Part shown: positions 10,169 to 20,427 of the stretch, one piece after another
How positions within the stretch are numbered: the stretch's first letter is position 1
Layout of the letters: each line of letters starts with the position of its first letter
DNA from: an uncultured Nitrospinota bacterium
Lineage (GTDB): Bacteria > Tectomicrobia > Entotheonellia > J063 > CAVPRW01
Assembly (NCBI GenBank): GCA_963707985.1
Contig: CAVPRW010000031.1
Coordinates: 192,001 to 256,000, forward strand
Direction of reading: 5' to 3'
Length of the DNA: 64,000 nt
Program-made: the position numbers and the translations under genes
Notes under the pieces: model-generated
What the model was told of the DNA's origin: nothing
Seen by the model: only the letters and a program-made list of their open reading frames with translations
The model's database searches: none

Positions 10169-11280
10169 ATGGAGCGACCTATCTTCAAACCCGTGGGCAC
10201 ACCGGTCGAACAACTCGATACACCGGCCCTTGTGCTGGACCTCGCCATCCTGGAACGTAACATCAGCACCTTGCACGGCTTCTTCCGCCAGCATGATGCC
10301 AAGGTACGCCCTGCTGTCGAGTCACATCGCTGCCCCGCCATTGCCCACAAACAGCTTGACGCTGGAGGCACCGTCGATGGCATTTGTGTCACTACCATCG
10401 GCCAAGCCGAGGTGTTCACCACACACGGGTTCAACGACGTGTTGATCGCCAACGAAATCGTCACTCCACAAAAGATCGGTCGCCTGTGCGCCTTGGCACG
10501 CCATGCCAAGATGAGCGTGGCTGTTGATCAGCCGCAGAATATCCAGGACCTGTCCAACGCCGCGAGGGCACATGGGGTAACGCTGCACGTGGTAGTGGAG
10601 ATCCATACGCACGGCAACCGGATGCGGAGTCGAGCCCGGCCAGCCGGCACTGGATCTGGCCAAGCACAGTGCAGCAGGCGCCGCATCTCGATCTTGCGGG
10701 ACTGATGAGCCGCGAAGGCCCAACGCCCACCCAAGACCCTGGAAAGTTGGCAGCTGAATCACGGCAATGGATCCAGAAGATCGTGGACACCCGAGAGATG
10801 GTGGAGAGAGCCGGTCTCACCGTGCACACAGTCAGTGTCGGCGGCACCTACAACTACGAGCTCGCTGGGGCCATGGCGGGGGTGACGGAAGTTCTCGCCG
10901 GGACGTACGCGCTCATGGACTATCGATATGTCCAGTGTTGCCCACAGTTCAAACCCGCCGCCAGAGTGATGACCACGGTGACAAGCCGCCCTGAACCGGG
11001 AACCGCCATCGTCGACGCCGGTCAGAAGGCCGTCGGGATCGATACCGGCCTACCGGTCTCCGAAGATATTCCCGGTGCCACGGTGATGGCGTTGAGTGCA
11101 GAGCATGGCCGGCTGCAGCTCCAGGATGACGCTGAGAGCAAGGTCGCATTGGCCGATAAGATCTGGCTTACGCCCTGGGACATCGGTACATGCGTCAATT
11201 TGTACGACTACATCCATGCCGTGCGCGACGGCAAGCTGGAGGTGGTCTGGGACGTGGCGGCGCGTGGACGATACCGGTAG
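10169..11280 (+). CDS. D-threonine aldolase/DSD1-like fold III protein lacking the Schiff-base Lys; frameshift near 10620-10670
   Basis: LDTPALVLDL, GTYALMD, DAGQKA, SAEHG, WDVAARG; motif reads RPAVESHR instead of RPHxKTHK. Confidence 0.85.
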
Positions 11281-11295
11281 AAGAGGAGATAGTCG

Positions 11296-12396
11296 ATGGA
11301 TTATTACCGACCCTCACCTGGAACACGTATCGAGGACCTCGACACCCCATGTCTGCTGATCGATCTAGACGCCCTTGAACACAACTATCAGCTGATTGCT
11401 GACACCTATCGGGACAGCACGTGCAAGATGCGGGCACATATCAAAAATCTCAAAAGTCCAATCCTGGCGCACATGCAGATGCGCACCGGCGGAACTGTGG
11501 GGGGGGTGTGCGCCGCGAAGGTGGCCGAGGCCGAGGTCATGGCGGAAGGGGGAATCGACGACATCTTCATCGCCAACCAGGTGGTCGGACGCGATAAAAT
11601 CGAGCGCCTCTGTGCCCTGGCCAAGCATGCCGATCTAAGAGTGGCCATCGATGATCCCCGCAACCTGCAAGAGTTGTCAGCTGTGGCACAGGCGCATGGC
11701 GTCACCATCGGGGTGGTGATTGAAGTCGACACGTCAATGCACCGCGCCGGGGTGCGGCAGATCGCACAGGGGGTGAATCTTGCCAAGCTGGCCACAACGC
11801 TTCCGGGCATTGCCTTCAAGGGGGTGATGAGCCATCAGACCGTCCCTGGACGGCCGAACAAGGAGACGCGCCTGATCGAGGGACGGCGCTTCATCCAGTT
11901 GTGCCTCGATGTGAAAGATGCCATCGAAGGCGCCGGCATTCCGGTGGAGGTCGTGTCCACCGGCGAATCATGGACCTACGACGTGGCCAGGGATATCCCG
12001 GGGGTGACCGAGGTAGAAGGTGGCACCTATGCGCTGATGTCCCATTCGTATGACTATATGCGCGACTTTCAGATCGCTGCCACCATCATGGGGACAATCA
12101 TCAGCACGCCAAGACCTGGCGTCGCCATCGGTGATGTGGGGACGCGCGCGTTGGGGTCACCAGGAGGGGTGCTCCCCAGGGTGGAAGGGATGCCCGGTGT
12201 CAGCGTTGAGGCGCTGCATCCCGAACAGATCGTGCTGCGCACCGATGGCATTACGCCACTCAAGGTGGGCGATCAATTCTTTCTCTCCAGCGGCCAGCAG
12301 GATATCATGGTGAACCGCTGGGATCAGTACATCGCTGTGCGCCGTGGCGTCGTCGAAGCTGTCTGGGACATTTCCGCACGGGGCTGCCATCATTGA
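11296..12396 (+). CDS. D-threonine aldolase/DSD1-like PLP enzyme
   Basis: LDTPCLLIDL, RAHIKNLKS (Lys present), EVDTSMHRAG, WDISARG. Confidence 0.9.
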   Translation: MDYYRPSPGTRIEDLDTPCLLIDLDALEHNYQLIADTYRDSTCKMRAHIKNLKSPILAHMQMRTGGTVGGVCAAKVAEAEVMAEGGIDDIFIANQVVGRDKIERLCALAKHADLRVAIDDPRNLQELSAVAQAHGVTIGVVIEVDTSMHRAGVRQIAQGVNLAKLATTLPGIAFKGVMSHQTVPGRPNKETRLIEGRRFIQLCLDVKDAIEGAGIPVEVVSTGESWTYDVARDIPGVTEVEGGTYALMSHSYDYMRDFQIAATIMGTIISTPRPGVAIGDVGTRALGSPGGVLPRVEGMPGVSVEALHPEQIVLRTDGITPLKVGDQFFLSSGQQDIMVNRWDQYIAVRRGVVEAVWDISARGCHH

Positions 12397-12460
12397 GGCA
12401 GATGCATAGTCGGCAAGATCGCCATGGGCGACACGCCGGCCAAAACCCGCCCCAGGTCAG

Positions 12461-12495
12461 TGCACAAGGGTGAAACCAGCGTTCGCCCTTGTGCA
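12461..12495 (+). terminator. Stem-loop after the aldolase-like pair
   Basis: TGCACAAGGGTGAA...TTCGCCCTTGTGCA. Confidence 0.5.
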
Positions 12496-12955
12496 TGAGC
12501 CGTCGATACAACCGCACGAAACTCAATCATGACCATCAGTCCTACGGCTAGCGGAAACTCAGCCCATCCATGGTCACACAACTCTCAGGAGTCGATGTGC
12601 CAGGCCGGCGCGTGTTTCGAGGGGCCAGGGGCGAACACTCTGGCCATGAGCTTGGCGAATATGCCGGATGCGTCGGCTGTAGACGACCTGGCCCGATTCG
12701 TCAGGCAGCGAGAGCAGGACTTGGCTGAACATTTCGGGCCACTCTGAGATCTTCTCCATGGACATCTGATCTCTCTTCAGCGCCGGGTCACTTGTGAATC
12801 GTCTACCCCAGTCTCTCGCCCGCACAGACATCCGCTGACATCCCTCTCGACATGCGCCCCGATGCTGGACTATAAGTACGAATCCGTGCGGCTACCCCTA
12901 GGCCATCCCGCTGAAGCGCACAGGAGATCATCTGCAGAACTGTCGAAACCTTCTG

Positions 12956-13269
12956 ATCGAGGTGCTCCTGCGCTATGCGTGGCCTGGGAATGTGCGGGAG
13001 TTGGAGAAGGCCATCGAACGCGCGGTGATTCTGGGTCGTTCCCCCTGCTCCTGCCGGAAGACCTGCCCCCGAGTCTCCTCGGGCGCGATGACTTCAAGCC
13101 GGTCGCGGACCATCCACGCCGGACCCTCGTGCAGCTCGAAAGAGCGCACATCCTGGCCGCGCTCTCCGCACACCGCTGGAATCAGACCAAAGTGGCGGCG
13201 GAGCTGGGCATCAGCCGCACCACGCTGTGGCGGAAGATGAAGCGCTATGCGATCGACCTGCCGTCCTGA
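12956..13269 (+). pseudogene. 3' remnant of the sigma54 activator
   Basis: LLRYAWPGNVRELE...RTTLWRKMKRYAIDLPS, nearly identical to the 2672-2986 tail; 5' part missing. Confidence 0.88.
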
Positions 13270-13320
13270 TGTTGCAGTCTTCAACGGGGTGAACAGGAAA
13301 AGCTGTTACAGAGTGTAACA
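13270..13320. promoter_or_regulatory. Tandem enhancer-like palindromes
   Basis: TGTTGCA-gtc-TTCAACG (13270) and TGTTACA-gag-TGTAACA (13304). Confidence 0.6.
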
Positions 13321-13384
13321 ATAGACGACAGACTGATTCATTTGCAGCTTCTATCATCACATTCGTTTTTCGGTAAATCCTTGC

Positions 13385-13427
13385 CAGCACAGCCTCCGAG
13401 TCACGTCCTCGGAGGCGGTGCTGTTTT
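13385..13427 (+). terminator. Intrinsic terminator
   Basis: CAGCAC-A-GCCTCCGAG loop CTCGGAGGC-G-GTGCTG followed by TTTT. Confidence 0.7.
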
Positions 13428-13437
13428 AGGGGGTACC

Positions 13438-13453
13438 CGGCATCGGAATTGCT
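13438..13453 (+). promoter_or_regulatory. Sigma54 -24/-12 promoter
   Basis: CGGCATCGGAATTGCT (GG-N10-GC) about 55 bp before ATG 13507. Confidence 0.75.
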
Positions 13454-13506
13454 TCTGTACGTCTCACCAGCAAGTCGTGAGTATCTGTTCCTCTGTGGAG
13501 CCAGCA

Positions 13507-14607
13507 ATGATGAACGCGTTTTACTCGGTCTGTGAGCCACATCTCACGCGTCGCAGATTTCTCAAATTCGCGATGGTGGCCGGAATGGTGCCGGCACTGA
13601 CTTCTGAGGTGTACGCCGCTCGTGACCCGGACCAGGGGGTGCGGCGGTTTATCGAGCGGTATGCGATTGGCCCCAATGACCCGTGGGCCCTCGTCCATGC
13701 CATCCGGGGCGTCGGGAGGGGTTGTCGCCTCAATGGAGAGAGTGCGGCTGGCTACGTGCTGCGCACCTGTGTACGGGCCCAGGAAGTCAACAAGCGACGG
13801 TATCTCTACATTCCCGCCGAGATTGAAGTGCACTCCAACATGTTTCTCAAGACCTTTTTAGAGGCGGGCGTCCCCGCTTCCGAGATGTTCTCCTGCGACG
13901 GTCGCGTCTTTCAACTGCAGGACCTCGGCGACGGAGCGAAGGCGCTTTTTCGCTTCGATCCGCGCACCTTCGATCGTAATGATCTCGCCTGGAGTCTGAT
14001 CGCCTTTGCCGAGCTGCAAGCCCAGGAGTGGGACAATGCCTACGGGGAGAGGATTCAGCTGCGAGAGATTGCGGCCTTTGGCGTAAAAGTCCTGCAAGAG
14101 GCGACTCAGGAGCTCAAGGCCTACGCCACGGCAGGTCTCCCGCTGGCAAAGAAACTGCCCATTCACAGCTTCACGTGCGGCGGCACCCACCTCTGCTATA
14201 GCGTCTTAGTAGCGGCCAGGCACGGTGTGCTGCCGGCGGACGGCGGAGACATCGTGCGGGACCAACTGCAGATGCTGATCTATCGCCTCCAGGCGGACCC
14301 TGACCTCATCGATCGCTACTACCGGGAGATCTCCTCCGCGCCAGGTGTCGACCTGTTTCGCGCCGGCGCCAAGCTGAAGGTCCTGGGGCATGCGTTGGAG
14401 TGCCTCGGGTACGCCCAAGCCCATGGACTCTTGCGGCCGAGTGCGCATGAAAGAAAACAGATCGAGCAGGCGACGCAAGAGGTGCGGGGCCTGTTGGCCT
14501 ATATTCTGACCCTCGACCTCGCGGCGATCCAACGACGGCATGCCCAATTGGTGCAGCAGGTCGTCGGCGATACGTGTCACGCCTTCCGGGGCCTGAGCCT
14601 GGTGTAG
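13507..14607 (+). CDS. Tat-exported hypothetical protein
   Basis: TRRRFLK Tat signal ending VYA; helical body with HSFTCGGTH, GHALEC and GDTCHA motifs. Confidence 0.8.
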   Translation: MMNAFYSVCEPHLTRRRFLKFAMVAGMVPALTSEVYAARDPDQGVRRFIERYAIGPNDPWALVHAIRGVGRGCRLNGESAAGYVLRTCVRAQEVNKRRYLYIPAEIEVHSNMFLKTFLEAGVPASEMFSCDGRVFQLQDLGDGAKALFRFDPRTFDRNDLAWSLIAFAELQAQEWDNAYGERIQLREIAAFGVKVLQEATQELKAYATAGLPLAKKLPIHSFTCGGTHLCYSVLVAARHGVLPADGGDIVRDQLQMLIYRLQADPDLIDRYYREISSAPGVDLFRAGAKLKVLGHALECLGYAQAHGLLRPSAHERKQIEQATQEVRGLLAYILTLDLAAIQRRHAQLVQQVVGDTCHAFRGLSLV

Positions 14608-14623
14608 AGGAGGTTGATCATTC

Positions 14624-15113
14624 ATGTTCGATTGGCGACAGCGCAAGCGGGAAGACGACTGCAGGGGCGTTGATCGCGGCTGGTGCCGCCCACACGCGAG
14701 GCTCAGCCCTCGATTCCTGCTGGGCGCTTTGATGAGCTTGGCCCTGCTGGCTCTGCCTCTGGTGGCTCAGGAAACCGCCAAGGTGGAGCCTGAAGCGGGC
14801 TTGAAAGCGCGGGGGCAGGCGTTCTGGGAGGCGAGGATCAAAGAGGACTATGCGGCCCAGTATGGCTTGCTCGAACCGAAGGTGCGGCGGGAGATGAGCT
14901 TGACCAACTACATCCAAGGCCAGGGACCGCTGCAGTATCTGGAGGCCTCGTATCGAGGGGGTGCAGATCGATGAGGCGAAAGGCGTGCTGACGGTGCGCA
15001 CCCTGATCCGGATCAGACACCCGCTGCTCGAGCGCCAGAAGCAACAGATGGTCGTCCGGGAAGAGTGGGTGAAACGACAGGGGGAGTGGTACCGCGTGCA
15101 TCCCCAAAGCTAG
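14624..15113 (+). CDS. Secreted hypothetical protein; frameshift in the G run near 14957
   Basis: Hydrophobic leader; FWEARIKEDYAAQYGLLEP continues in another frame as ...EEWVKRQGEWYRVHPQS*. Confidence 0.65.
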
Positions 15114-15357
15114 CGATGTTGTCACCACGCGTGGCCGCTAGCTGGCGCGTCATGCGAGGCGCTCCATGACAGGATGGAGAGTCCAGGGAGGGGATAAGCG
15201 AGTAGACCTCTTCCTCAGCTGAACCAAGACACCGAAAGGAGGTGAGGGACGCGCGGCAAGAGGAACGGTTAGAGCCGTGGTTTTTCAGGTAGTGGAGTGC
15301 TTGTGTAGACGGTGAAGTAACACCGCAGAGTGATAAGAAGTGTAAGGAGGTTTACCA

Positions 15358-16334
15358 GTGAAAATTCAATGGAAGAGTGTGGTCATGATCGCTGCTCTCG
15401 CCCTATCCATGGGCATTGCAGCCCCAGCGTGGTCAGGGTTAGCGGATCCGATGCTGGAGGAGTACGCCGTGCATGTGATCCCGTTCTACAAAATCGACGC
15501 CAATTGGTCTGCCTTCCTGGTCGTCGCGGACACGTCTTTCCAAGACCTGAGCTACAAGGGGTCGGACATCCACCTGAAGTTCTTTGACGCCGCTTGCAAC
15601 TATAAGCAAGACGCGATCGTAGAGCCCACCAAGACCGATGCGCAGTTCTTCGCGTTGCACGATCCCACCGACGCCAATGGCCAGTTTGGTGGTCTCGCGC
15701 AAACCGCTCCGGAGGGCGTGATCGTGCTGGATGGCTACGGCAATCGGTTCCTCACGTATATTCTCCTGGTCAACGGCAACAACAATTCGCTGATCAGGAT
15801 CGACTCCATCCCCTGCAAGGGGAGCGAGGGCGCCTGCTGGGAAGGCAGTGGGGACGGCACGATGGCTGCGCTACAACAGCTATAACACGGTCGCCGCCAC
15901 CTTTGGGGACACGGGCGCTTTCCGGACAAACCTCTATTTCTTCAGTGCCGTCGATGACAGAGAGCCTGGAGACCTGAGGCGAGAGCTCCTGAAGTATGGG
16001 ACGCCACATGGCGGGTCGATTGGGCCAATCGGCATCCATTTGGACGGCTATTGTGACGAGATCTACCTGGGCTCCCGCAGACTCGATCTCAAATGCACGC
16101 AGCGGCTGAGTCTGACCTCTTTCAATTTCACTCAACCTGAACGTAGTTCCCGAACGCGGACTTGCGGCGGGAAAGCCAGGCCATATCGAGACCTGGTCCG
16201 GCGACAACTGGCAATGAATTCGATGCAAGAAAGACTACTCGGGCTTCCAGGAGACGATCGCTGCATTAGCCCCACCCACCAACATGATTGGCACTGGCTA
16301 TATGCACCACTCCGACCCAGCGGTGGAAAAGTAA
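15358..16334 (+). CDS. Secreted hypothetical protein (surface or structural candidate); several frameshifts
   Basis: AAGGAGG RBS, signal peptide ending AWS; ORFs 15358-15885 and 15848-16360 join and end ...GYMHHSDPAVEK*. Confidence 0.7.
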
Positions 16335-16405
16335 GCCGAATCGTCGCTCCAACAGCATAGCCAGAACCAAGCCCTCAAGCCTGTAACTCGGGCCTGGGGG
16401 CAGCG

Positions 16406-16445
16406 ACCAGGAGGCGAGGAGCTTACAAGCTCCCGCCTCCTGGTC
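16406..16445 (+). terminator. Strong hairpin after the secreted protein gene
   Basis: GACCAGGAGGCG-AGGAGCTT-AC-AAGCTCC-CGCCTCCTGGTC. Confidence 0.6.
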
Positions 16446-16538
16446 GCCTCGGCGGCGGTTTCTAAGGCTTCCCCTGGGGTTGAGCTACTATCGGTTTTCG
16501 CCAAGCAGTCCCATCGCCATCCTGATGGCTCAAAGTTT

Positions 16539-16554
16539 TGGCCTGATTCCTGCT
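16539..16554 (+). promoter_or_regulatory. Sigma54 promoter candidate
   Basis: TGGCCTGATTCCTGCT (GG-N10-GC) upstream of the BNR-repeat gene. Confidence 0.5.
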
Positions 16555-16727
16555 CGATTGCATCGTCAGATGATGTGTCCGTCCTCCTACACTGTATGGC
16601 ATTTCCCTGGACGCGGTGAGGTCTCTAAGCGCTGAGGGCAGCCGATATGGCCGTATGGATGACGAAGCAAGGTGTGCTTAGCAGGCGACTCTCCTAGGGC
16701 TTTTGGACAAGGTGAGAGAGGAGTGAA

Positions 16728-18167
16728 ATGACGATCCTCAAGACGATCATCCTGGGAGCCATCCTCGGGATGCTCGTGAGCCCTTCTCCAGAGTCAACGC
16801 GTTTCTTTCCAACCCATCGTCGCAGACCACAGGGGGCTCGGTCACCCCTCGCCTGAGCGTGGACCTCAGAGGATCTATCTACCTCATCTGGAAGGAAGAG
16901 CGTGACAGCCAGTCTGGTCACATCTTCCTCAACCGTTCGACCGATCGGGGGCAGAGCTGGCAGCAGGAGGCTCGTGGCTCGATCGGGAGAAACCTGGTGG
17001 GTCACGGTCCTCCAGCCCCCGGGTTGACAGCGACGGGAAAGGGAATGTCTACGCCGTCTGGTGGACCAAGCATCGCGATGGCACGAAGGATGTCCTCTTC
17101 GAGTACGTCGAAGGATTTCGGGGCGTCCTTCGGGCCAACTGTCAAGCTGAATAGGATTATGGCGCGTTTCCTCCAGAGGTCAGTGCCGATGGGAAAGGTC
17201 ATATCTATGTGGTCTGGTCCGATGAGCGGACTGAAGGCGGAGATGGGAGCCGGCAGGGGAAGGTCCGCGGGCCATCGCATCTACTTCAATCGCTCGGACG
17301 ATCATGGCGCGACCTGGCTCCCTCAGGATATGAAGCTGAGCGGCGATGCGCTGGGCCGGGGGAGGGTGATGCAAGCCTGGCCCCAGATCCGCAGCGACGA
17401 CCGGGGCCATGTCTATGCCATCTGGTTCGATACCAGGGACGGCGGGGGCAGCGTCTACTTCCGGGCCTCGGACGATTTCGGCCGGACCTGGCGGGAGGAG
17501 CTCCGCGTGAAAGGTGCTGAGGGGGATGTCGAGGGCCCCATGCAGATGGCTGCCAATGACCAGGGGCACATCTATGTCGCCTGGGCGGATAACCGGGATG
17601 GCGAGTACGGCATCTACCTGGTGGCGTCGACCGACCACGGCAGGACGTGGTCGAAGGAGGTGCGACTCGATGTCGCCAAGGCGAAGGTCTCCCGCGCCAG
17701 TTTGCCCACCCTGGCCGCCGATCCCGCAGGGCATGTATACGTGGCCTGGCAGGATGCCAGGCACGGTGGTTGGGACATCTACCTCAATATGTCCTCAGAC
17801 TTCGGGAAGACCTGGCACACGGAGGGGGTCCGGCTTAACACGGGTCCCGCAGGAGAGGCTGAGGCTCGGCTCCCCCAGATCGCCCTCGACGGAAAAGGGA
17901 CCATTGCTGTCGTCTGGCAGGAGGATCGTGGCGATGACCAGCAGGAAGGGATCTACCTCACCTGGTCGACCGACTTTGGGAAGACGTGGCTCAACGCGGA
18001 CATCCGTGTAGACGAGCAGAAATCTGGGGGAGGTGCTGTCCAGCCCCAGATCGCCATGCTGTCAGGATGGAGCCGTTGTCATCGCCTGGGAAGTCACTCG
18101 ACAAGATCGTAAAGATATCGCCGTGAAGGTGTTGGCCCCAAGCGTTCGCCAGACTTCGGCCCGCTAG
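16728..18167 (+). CDS. BNR/Asp-box repeat (sialidase-like) secreted protein; frameshifted
   Basis: Repeated S-x-D-x-G-x-T-W boxes (STDRGQSW, SDDHGATW, SDDFGRTW, STDHGRTW, SSDFGKTW, STDFGKTW). Confidence 0.85.
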
Positions 18168-18261
18168 GCTCGTCTGCTTTCCCCTGCGGCCGTATCGTCG
18201 TGTGAGTGCAGCATGGCATGGTACCACCATGTTTTTGGCGTTAAATCATAAGGGAGTGCAT

Positions 18262-18945
18262 ATGGTGTCGACTCGACATCACCGACACAATGGATACTGG
18301 ATCATCAGCATGCTGGTAGGTCTTCTCTGCTTCCTCGTCCCCTGCACGGGAGCCTGGTCACAAGGGAAAAGACTGCAAACAGAGGACACGCGCCAGAAGA
18401 GTGCCGCAAAGGGGCTTTATGTCGCTGTCCACGAAGGTCGGCTCTCCGTGGACTTGCAGGAGGCGGATATGGCGGAGGTCTTGGCACAAATTGGGCAGCA
18501 GGCCGGTATCCGTATATCCTCCGGCCCAAGCGCCGGGAAACGGGTCAGTGCGCGATTCTCAGGCGTTGAGCTGGAAGAAGGGCTCCGCCGTCTGCTGCGG
18601 TCGGTGTCCCTGAGTCATATCTTCATGTATGCCAGTAGACCGGCAGGGTCAGTGACGATTTCAGAAGTGCGCGTCTTAGGGGAGGGGAAGGACGTGACCC
18701 CCCCTCCAGCCACCCTCGCTGAGCCAGGCTTGCACACCAACGAGCCCAATACCGGCGCGCCAGTCGGCAAGGGTCGGAGGCAAGCCCCAGAAGTCGTGCA
18801 ACCGGTTCAGGAGCCAACGCCTGAACCTGAACAGAGGGAACCAAGCGAGGTCACTCGCCGTGTCAGGGAAGTGTTTCAACTGAGTAAGGGGATGGGGAAC
18901 AAATCCCCAAACGGGCAAGAGTCCTCCCCTAATGACACCAAGTAA
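18262..18945 (+). CDS. Secreted protein with a secretin N0/STN-like domain and Pro-rich tail
   Basis: LSVDLQEADMAEVLAQIGQQAGIRI...VSARFSGVELEEGLRRLL; no beta-barrel follows. Confidence 0.7.
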   Translation: MVSTRHHRHNGYWIISMLVGLLCFLVPCTGAWSQGKRLQTEDTRQKSAAKGLYVAVHEGRLSVDLQEADMAEVLAQIGQQAGIRISSGPSAGKRVSARFSGVELEEGLRRLLRSVSLSHIFMYASRPAGSVTISEVRVLGEGKDVTPPPATLAEPGLHTNEPNTGAPVGKGRRQAPEVVQPVQEPTPEPEQREPSEVTRRVREVFQLSKGMGNKSPNGQESSPNDTK

Positions 18946-19169
18946 CAAGGCCATGAGGCAAGGGAGGTGTAAGAGAGGCCCCAGGAGGACCCTATTCGGT
19001 CAGCCTGCTCGCGGTTCCAGAAGACAACACTGAATGATGTGGGGGAGAAATTTATCGCCCCAGGTTACCTGCCCCACAGCCCCGAGCTTCTTAAACTCTT
19101 CAGGACTGCCGGGGAATGGCGCTGAGGATGGCCTTTTAGATCACATCCTTTATACGAGAGAAAATTGTT

Positions 19170-19517
19170 GTGCACCCCCCCACGATCTTTTGCCGTATCC
19201 TTCATGTGCTGCCTTCCACCGCCGCACCAGAGTGCCGTTGGGCTGTAACAGTGGCCGACGGTCAAGGGCTGACCGTCACGGTCGACCTCGCAGCCGAGGA
19301 ATTACAAACGTACGAGCGCTTTCAAGCTGCGCTGCTGCGGGAAACCGGGAGCCCCTTCCGCTATCTGCCCATCGAACCGCAACCAGCCCCCACGCAGGTG
19401 CGACGGAGGCATTCTCAGGACGCAGCGGTTGTGACGTCGGCCGGTAGCGGCAGACAAGAAGCTTCGATGAGATGCTCGAACATAACTTACCAGACCTCTG
19501 ATGACTCCCCGTGGTAG
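19170..19517 (+). CDS. Hypothetical protein, possibly degenerate
   Basis: Protein-like N-terminal two-thirds; no family recognised. Confidence 0.3.
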   Translation: MHPPTIFCRILHVLPSTAAPECRWAVTVADGQGLTVTVDLAAEELQTYERFQAALLRETGSPFRYLPIEPQPAPTQVRRRHSQDAAVVTSAGSGRQEASMRCSNITYQTSDDSPW

Positions 19518-19910
19518 CGAACGACAACACGCATGGTACTTAGAACATTGGCGAGCTCCCCATGTTCATGCGCGATTGAGGCCTCAAGCCTTTCCCCCAA
19601 ACGTTTTGCGAACACTGGATTCTTGCCTCCCGTCGAGATAGCGGCTCTCTCTCCCGCGGTATATCACCCCGACGCATGGCATTGCATGCGCCCCCGCCTT
19701 CGTACCAACTTTCCTATGCCCCTGAAACTGTCGTCAGGCTCTGCCACCCTGAGCTATAAAGTGATTGCCTCTAACGCCCTGCATGCGAGCCAAACCTAGG
19801 AGCTTACTGGCCCAGGTATAGTCTTAGCATGTGCGGTGCCAACCTCCCGAGGCTGGGCTGCGTTGGGTAGAAGATGCTATTCGCGAAGCGCATCACGGAC
19901 GTGCCCCACC

Positions 19911-20427
19911 TGTTTTTGTCAATTGAAACGGGAGCCGCGTGTTCCCAGAGGGGTGGAAACCGGTAGGCTCGTGCCAGCATGCCACAACAGCGAGGCCCGG
20001 TTTTCCACCCCTCGTCACGATCCACCGCCAATCATCCGTAAGGCTGTTGAGCGTCTCGGTGCAGGCGTTGACGAGCACGACACAACTCACCGCAGTACTC
20101 CAGGAGAGGGGTGCGATAGGTGAGACGATTCAGCCGGGCTGCGGTCAGGCGTTCGTCGTCAAAGACCTGGGTCCAAGGGGCATCGCGCCCATGGATGATG
20201 GATGCCCAGCCGGGCCCCCCGTGCGTCGAGGGCCGAGCAGCACGGACAGAACCGCTGTGCCCCAGGTGGTGAGAACGGGATAACGCATAATGCCTCTAGC
20301 ACGATGCGCCGATGTAATGCGGGCGCTGGGGTACCTCCACAGATCAACGGATCGCCGCTCCAGTGGCCCCCGTTTCGATGATGATCCACACGTGGCGAGG
20401 TGGCTCCCTGTTCAATGATCAAAAACA
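19911..20427 (-). mobile_element. Internally deleted IS21-family element
   Basis: TG...CA ends with imperfect IRs TGTTTTTGTCAATTGAAACGGGAGCC and TGTTTTTGATCATTGAACAGGGAGCC; internal IstB-like WTQVFDDERLTAARLNRLTYR on the minus strand. Confidence 0.75.

Larger units (their letters stand above)
12956..13856 (+). repeat. Inverted duplication, copy 2
   Basis: Aligns to the reverse complement of 2088-2986. Confidence 0.92.

Noticed and set aside
13342..13506. Long N-terminus given by the ORF track
   Set aside because: It spans a terminator and sigma54 promoter; the real start is ATG 13507 before the Tat motif
16859..18112. True sialidase
   Set aside because: Asp boxes are present but no FRIP motif or catalytic Arg set was recognised
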